Shown here in pieces: positions 56,832-64,000 of a stretch of DNA of 64,000 nt; the first letter of the stretch is position 1; the number at the start of each line of letters is the position of its first letter. The notes below the pieces were generated by a model. The model worked only from the letters and a program-made list of their open reading frames with translations. It was not told the DNA's origin and searched no databases. Source of the stretch: Eledone cirrhosa (Eukaryota); NCBI GenBank assembly GCA_964016885.1, contig OZ024741.1:348440001-348504000 (forward strand), read 5' to 3'. The position numbers and the translations under genes were made by a program.

Positions 56832-57585
56832 ATTTTCAGCAATGATATATGTATGCAATTTGGTATTAATAGATGTGGAGTCCTAGTGATGAAGAGGGGT
56901 AAATTGAGCAGAAGCAACGGAATCCAGGTACCAACAGGTGAGATGATAAAGGAAATTGACACTGAAGAATGATACAAATATTTAGGCGTTCTGTAGGCAG
57001 ATGTCATCAAGAACAAAAAGATGATGGAATTGATAATATCTGAGTACATTAGGAGAATAAGGAGCGTATTAAAATCACATCTAAATAGTAGGAATGTTAT
57101 AGGTGCAGTGAATTCCCGAGCTGTGTCTATTATTAGGTACAGTGCAGGAATTCTTAAATGGAATGTTGCTGAACAAAAATAAATGGATAGGAAGACTAGG
57201 AAGCTATTGACTAACTACCACATGTTCCACAAGGGGAGTGATGTCGATAGACTCTACTTAAAGAGATTTGAAGGTGAAAGAGGTCTTATCAGCATAGAAG
57301 ACTGTGTTCAAATGGAGAAAAAAACCTGCACAAATACGTGACTGACAGTAGGGAGCCAATGCTCATAATTGTACTGTATTAGAGGACAATAAACCAGGGG
57401 ATGTCCATGGAGGAAATAACAGCAAGGAGGAAGAACAACCATTATGAAAAATCCCTTCATAGTACCTTTTTTCAGAAAACTGAATTTAGAGATTCACAGA
57501 CATGGAACTGGTTAAAAAGAAACCTTAAAAGGCTACAGAAGGAATACTAAAGGCTTCGCAAGAGCAGGCCCTCAGAACGAAGTTG
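56832..57585 (+). mobile_element. Degraded internal R4/Dong fragment (equivalent to ~45572-46329)
   Basis: attttcagc.atgatatatgtatgca...gcaggccctca.aacgaagt, with stops. Confidence 0.88.
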
Positions 57586-57589
57586 CGGC

Positions 57590-58785
57590 TTGACAGATAG
57601 GGTTGCATGAATGTTCGTGACGTGGTGTCATCCTGGAAGCAGGGTCGCGCTCTGAATAACCTAAGGTGAATAGATTTGGATGTGACTGCCGTCAGCGAGA
57701 TGATGTTTTCCAAGTGCTGCGAGAAACTTATAAAAAGCTGAGATTCGGGATGCTTTGGTCGGCTACACGAGGCGCAACTCACTCAGCATGGATGATCTTC
57801 GTTTCGAGGTTTAAGTAGATATGATTACTGGCTTGTTCTTCCATCTCCTTGAAGCGGTCTACGGGAGGATGCCGTATTATGTAAATCGGCGAGTAGTAAT
57901 GCTGATGAGAAAAGACAAGGGGTCCATTATAAATTCCAAGCCCATGAATCTGCAGAGTGCTGTTCAAAATTTGGGCCAAGTTGTTAAAGATGAGGTTAGA
58001 GCTTGTCATCGATGGTCTGGTAGGTGAGGCGCAAACTTGCGCAACTCCGACCAGATCCATACACGAAATTCTCCACTGCATGCGATATATCATAGTTTAC
58101 CTACCAGTTCCAGTTAAACTTCACTGGTACGGACGTGAGGTCTGCGCACCTGTCCGGTAAGGGTGCAGAGCTAGAGACCATTCTGCGTGCACTCATCGAG
58201 TGTCCATTTATTACTGACTTGCGGAGTTAAATTGAACATATAGGAAGAATAAGGCTGTCAGATAAGTCCATCACGAGGAACGCCCCACTGCCTTCCTCTG
58301 CTTAGTGGCTGTAGCGAAAGAGGTTTGTGGTTTACGAAACTTAAAGGACTGAAAACTAACCCTCTCCTCTTCGGCCAATCCATCCTCACATTTTATAAAT
58401 TTTATTTGGAAAGGAAAGTGAGGGTGAAGAGAAAAGTGCCCCCCCCCCCTCCAGTACATTTGTTAAATGGTTGCTTACTGTTGCAAAGATGGTCCGTGTT
58501 ATTGGGTCTGCTCTTAACTTGCGCCTGTAGGCTGGCTGATTTTAAGAAGAAGAAACGGTCGCCCTCCTAGGGTGCTATCGTTGGATTAATCTGGAGCGGT
58601 GGTGATGCTGAGTTGCACTTTCGTGATCCGCACCTACCCCTCTACAGGGGAATTTTCATTGTTGTTATTCTTTTGTTTATTGTTTTTTTGTTAATTTGTT
58701 TCTACTCTATGTAATATTAACGCCCCACTGTCCCTGTCTATTGTCCTCTTTTTGTTGGCCCTTGTGGCAAATAAAAGGAAATAAT
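57590..58785 (+). mobile_element. Old, multiply deleted Tx1-family relative
   Basis: IGCMNVR..SSWKQG (APE start), FKIWAK..LVGEAQTC..RSIH (RT), WFTKLKGLKT (C-terminus). 3' end ggcccttgtggcaaataaa followed by an att-rich tract. Confidence 0.8.
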
Positions 58786-59314
58786 AAGATAAATTATTAT
58801 CATTATTATTATCATAATTTTATTTCTTAATAGCATTAATGTTTAGTAAATGATTGTTTAAAATCTGATCTGTTTCATATTTCCTGAAATAATTATAAAA
58901 TTTCTTTAAAATATGTCCCTTTATTTCAAATGGTAATTGGTAATAGAAACACTAAAGGCATGAAGAACAAGTTACGTAGAGATAGAATATAATAGTTACA
59001 GAAAAAACAAAAGAAATCAATATAGGATCTAAGATAACTTCTGAAATACAGATAACAATTTTTTTATTTTTGTGCATTCTCTTTTAAATGAAGCCGATAG
59101 ATTAATTATAAAACTACCAAGTACAATACAAAAATGAGGAACAAAAGGAAAGGAAATTCCAAAATATTAAAATATGACCCGGTTAATTAAATACCAAACT
59201 AGAAATGAAAATTTAAATGAATTTCATAATTTGGTTTTCAATTACCATCATCACATCGAATACAAATTTCTCGAGAATAATTAAATATAACTCTAATCAT
59301 ATTAACTAAGAGAA

Positions 59315-59347
59315 ATATTCCTCAGAAAATAATCTTTTATTAAAATA

Positions 59348-59387
<40 letters not shown>

Positions 59388-59420
59388 TATTTTAATCAAC
59401 GATTATTTTCTGAGGAATAT
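59315..59420. repeat. Fold-back: ~34 bp inverted arms around (TA)n
   Basis: atattcctcagaaaataatc....attaaaatag pairs with ctattttaat....gattattttctgaggaatat. Confidence 0.85.
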
Positions 59421-59454
59421 ATATATATATGTGTGTGTGTGTTTGGGCATACAT

Positions 59455-59518
<64 letters not shown>

Positions 59519-60317
59519 TTGCGGCCTCCTGGCCTTCACCTCAATATGTACTGTGCTCCAATTGTCATTTGTCGTAATTTCCATTTACTTGATTGAGAAT
59601 AAAAGCTATTATGATGTATTTAAATATTGCATAACAATTTTAAAAAAATTATTCATAATTGTGTTATACTCAAATTAATCAATAACATAATAGAACATTC
59701 TACGAAAATTATGAAGATTATGAAACCTTTACAGAGCGTCAATATATACATGTTTCTAGCTTCAATAGATTTATATGCCTGACTACCTCCAAGGATCATC
59801 TGTAAGAGATTATGCTCGTGGCATTCATTGTGTTGTTTTTTGGAGGCAAGGATTGATCTTTCCCACAGCCGATACTCATTGGAATGATGGATTTGTAAAT
59901 TGGTGAACAAATAATTAAGCTTAAAACGCAGTACAAAATGATGAGGTATCAAAATAAACTACAGTATCAAATGAACGCTTTCCTATGAATTTAATCAGAT
60001 GAGAGGTGCTAATCAGCAATTCTACTAGAAATTGCAGGAAATTCACTACAAATGTGCTCCCATTCCATGTTCGGAAAATCAGTCAGCAGCTATTTTAATG
60101 GAGGTCACATTAGTTAAAAACACGAAACATCTTGAATATTATCAATTTTATTTAGTGTTATTTGCGTTAAATCTACAAACAAACTTCCTTTTTATAAGGT
60201 TATATATGTATAAATTAACTATGGGGATATAAAAGATACAGAAGCGAAAACCAACCAAACAGTGAGTGTGTTCTGTTATTATTTCTGGCAATATTATTAC
60301 AACAGGACCCTCCCCAC

Positions 60318-60390
<73 letters not shown>

Positions 60391-60393
60391 GTG

Positions 60394-60560
60394 TTAACCT
60401 AAAATATCCCTTATTAGGATATTAGGATATATTAGGTTAACCTTGGTGTAGCAGGAAGAGGGTCTTAGCGTTTTGGAGGCTAGTCCTTCATCAGAAGAAA
60501 GGAGAAATAAGATAGATTGAGGGGACGGGCGGGATGGAATTGGAAAAAATGTCTTTAGAT
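60394..60560 (-). mobile_element. PLE-like terminus with a degenerate hammerhead (60463-60498)
   Basis: Minus strand CTGATGA-agg actag cct-cc-AAAA-cgc-TA-aga, abutting (TA)n. Confidence 0.45.
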
Positions 60561-62449
60561 AAAAATAACAGGTCCATTCATGTTGACATCTCTTACAAAA
60601 CTGTTGGTGCTGGCGTTTTGTGTATGATTTATATTTTTTAAAAGTGTATGATGGAGCGCGTCTACATGAAATGGAAAAAAAAAACGTTTTGTAAAAAGAG
60701 CTATACTTGAACACGTGTGTTAGCATGTGTGTGTGTGTGTGTGTGTTATTATACATCCGTACGAAGCTAAGAAGAAATGTGTGTATATGTGAGTAAAAGA
60801 GTGTGTGTGCATGTAAGTACTAAGCTATGAGCAAATGTATGTTAATATAAGGGTGTGTATGTGTGTCTACACAGAAGTGAAGGGAAAATTGGAGTGAGCA
60901 TATATATATATATATATATATATATTTAAGGCTTTCTATGTTAATGTATTGAATATTATACTCTTGATTTGGCCTGGGATGAATACTTCCAGATACCTTT
61001 TAAGCGTAACTTTCCGTATTTATTATTACTATAATATTGATTGTTATTCTGGTATCATATCTCTGTTTTTAGCCTAAGAAAATACCTATATGCGTGTATA
61101 AATAATACATGCATTTATTTATTTTTTTAAAAATCTAATTGAGTTCTTCACACGCAAGGTTAAAATTGTTGAAAAAATTAATTGACCCACGTGTATATTA
61201 TTTTAAATCCTTGTGTTTAGCGATTACCTCCCCTTTCCGCTTGAAGACAGTGTGAGACTCCGCATTGTGAGACTGCTGGAATTTCAAATTTGGCGGTCAT
61301 TCTGATACGGAGAGAGACAATCACCGACATGGGATTAAAACATCGGTAAGAGAATTTTTTTTATATCGATGTTTGACGGGCATCCACTGATGATTTATAA
61401 GTGCTCACCTGCATATATTCCTACGGAATGTTATGAAGGCGTCTACATAACCCGGACACATTCTCCCAACTTGTAGAAAACTTATAATGACACAATTGTT
61501 TGGAAAAGGAGATATATTTTAATTATGTCTCATATAAAATAATACTACTGGCCTTCCGCAAAATACATATAGTTACACCCCAAACGTAAAATTGGGATTA
61601 TACTAAGGTATATCCTAATGTTTGTTGAGTGAGATGGAAGCCAGTCAGAGTATAGCTTAAGGCTTTCTCTGTTAATGTATTGTATATATATATATATATA
61701 GGGATTGTTACTGTAGGTTCACCAGAGTGAGCACTCGATGCGTAGTTTCCAGTATGTATATCGGTGTAGAACTAATCAGAATTTAATACTAATGTAATAC
61801 TAATAAAATATAGGACGGAGTGTTAGATGTTCATTATGTCTATGGGGGTTTGACGCGCGTTAATCGATTGATTAGCTCATGGTTCGATTTGTATCGATCT
61901 AGTTGTGTGATATTTATAGGGAAATATGTTTTGTGGGCATCATCTAATATCGATTGCGTCTTGAATTAATTGCATATAAAAGCTATACAGGCAAAAATAT
62001 TAGGAGATGCAAATAAATTTAAAGGTTGTACACTTTGGTGCTTTTGAATGCTATCCCAACTATTATTTCTTAAATTACTTCAACACTTGTTGCAGGTTGC
62101 ATTTTTGTCCGTGTTCGTCTTTTTACATGCAGGTGACGTTTCGAGCGTTTATAGGATCCCAAAATAAAAGCGAAATTAAACATAATCTTAAACACACAGT
62201 ACTAAACACACTGATTTTCATCAAGTTCAATCCATTGTTATAAAGCTAGGAAATGATTGTTTTTACTTTTGCCACAAGGCCAACAATTACCGCAGTGCAT
62301 TACTGGTGCTTTAGTTGGTAATGCACTGTGGTAAAATGCTAGGAAATAATATTCTTCTCTTTTGCTTTTCATTCCCTGAATGGCTTCCAGAAATGTAAGG
62401 CACGTTAAAATGAAATTGATTGATTTATGTTTGCTTTTCAAATTTCACA

Positions 62450-63060
62450 GTGAATAAGAATATGAAAGCCAGAAAGACCATTTGGCTGCTTGAGAATAAT
62501 TTATCGCAGACTAGACTCTCCTCCAAACAAGGGTCTTGTGTTTTCTCTACGATCACGTCGATCTCACGGAGAAATTTTCAGTTGGCTTAATAAAAGGACT
62601 AGCCAGAAGATCCAGGAACTGTTTGAAAAGGAAGTATCACTCTCATAATAAAAAAATAAAAAATCCACATTTCAGAAATTGTATGAGTATCAAGGACTGA
62701 AAGAAGAAAATTCAAGGATGAATGCCTAAGCAATTTGCAAAAGTTGTGATATGGAAAGGTGATAACGGTGGATTTTTTTTAAATTGCACCCAAGACGCTC
62801 TCCAAAGAAAGGAAGCTTTTCTTGAGATGCAGTGGAAAGATCGATTGTCTTCATTCCTGACTGGTGTTGATGCAGAAAATATGAGAGCCATTCTGAAGAA
62901 GAAGATTCACGGTACGAAAGTAAGAAAGTGAAATCAGGTTGAAGATGTCCGAGAAAGAAACTCTTGAAAGTTAGTCTTCTAGCTCAGCTGGATGACTAAG
63001 GGACTTAGAAACGCGAGAACATCGGGAGAACTCTGTACGTGTGTTAAGTGGTTTCTTATA
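62450..63060 (+). pseudogene. Decayed Tc1/mariner-like transposase fragment
   Basis: W...SS...ENMRAILKKKI resembles WPxxSPDLNPIENxWxxLK. Confidence 0.35.
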
Positions 63061-63164
63061 GTTGTGGAGATTATTCAATATCCCCCATGTTTACTAGTCA
63101 CTAGGTTTACATGTTTAGTGTTATATATCAATGCACACACACATATACATATCCGAATAAGTGC

Positions 63165-63301
<137 letters not shown>

Positions 63302-63659
63302 TATGTGTGGGTATGTTTATGCATAAGTTAAGCTAATATCCGCTGAAAACTTGCATGCCCATCACTGATGACAGAAGTCTCTGAGCAAAAGCAAATACAA
63401 ACAGGAGTCATGTAGAGCCATGGATGAAACGAACTTACTGAATATTTATGTCTATGAAATATAATGTCAGTATATTTACATCACCGTTGGTGCAATGAAT
63501 GAAATACCTAATGGAATATTTCAGAATGCATTGTCAGTTCGTGTCATAAATATATATTAATATAATATATCAAATATTATAGCGTATGTTGCGTAAAAAT
63601 GTGTATATGTGTGTGAACACAATGACACGTACGTATTCACGGCGACACTCACATATATA

Positions 63660-63669
63660 AACACACACG

Positions 63670-63748
<79 letters not shown>

Positions 63749-63775
63749 ACACACACACACACACACACACACACG
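63660..63775. repeat. (CA)n microsatellite
   Basis: Direct inspection. Confidence 0.95.
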
Positions 63776-63831
63776 CATATATATATAAATATAAAAACTT
63801 ACCTATATATATATATTTAAACATAAACTTA

Positions 63832-63866
<35 letters not shown>

Positions 63867-64000
63867 TTAAGTCGTTTGGAAGCCTCGACAATGCAAATGG
63901 GTAAATCTCATGCGTGGTGTGTATAAGATGTTTGAGATGTGTAGAATGAAGGGAAGAGTATAAAGGATAAAAATAAAAATAACAACACAAGAGAGAGTTA

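Noticed and set aside
59653-59952. HHSNE..ERS motif resembling a hAT dimerisation domain
   Set aside because: Too short and degenerate to support without a search.

Overview
AT-rich, microsatellite-dense eukaryotic genomic DNA. A cephalopod (octopus-like) origin is inferred from the SINE family and the repeat landscape; it is not proven. No intact host gene is evident, and most short ORFs are microsatellite artefacts. The main structure is a ~17 kb retrotransposon island (41.7-58.8 kb) in which almost every junction is an (AAT)n tract. It contains an intact R4/Dong-clade LINE (RT plus restriction-like endonuclease, + strand), an intact two-ORF Tx1/L1-clade LINE (APE-RT, - strand) and six truncated or rearranged relatives. 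The two clades use the same microsatellite in opposite polarity. Elsewhere are Penelope-like element (PLE) remnants, several candidate minimal type I hammerhead ribozymes (two families carry a U3-A8 core covariation), recurrent fold-back palindromes, and about ten tRNA-head SINEs. The SINE 3' ends resemble the Tx1 3' end, and the SINE target-site duplications begin with ATTAT. Decayed DNA-transposon fragments and a possible NB-ARC/APAF-1-like fossil are also present.
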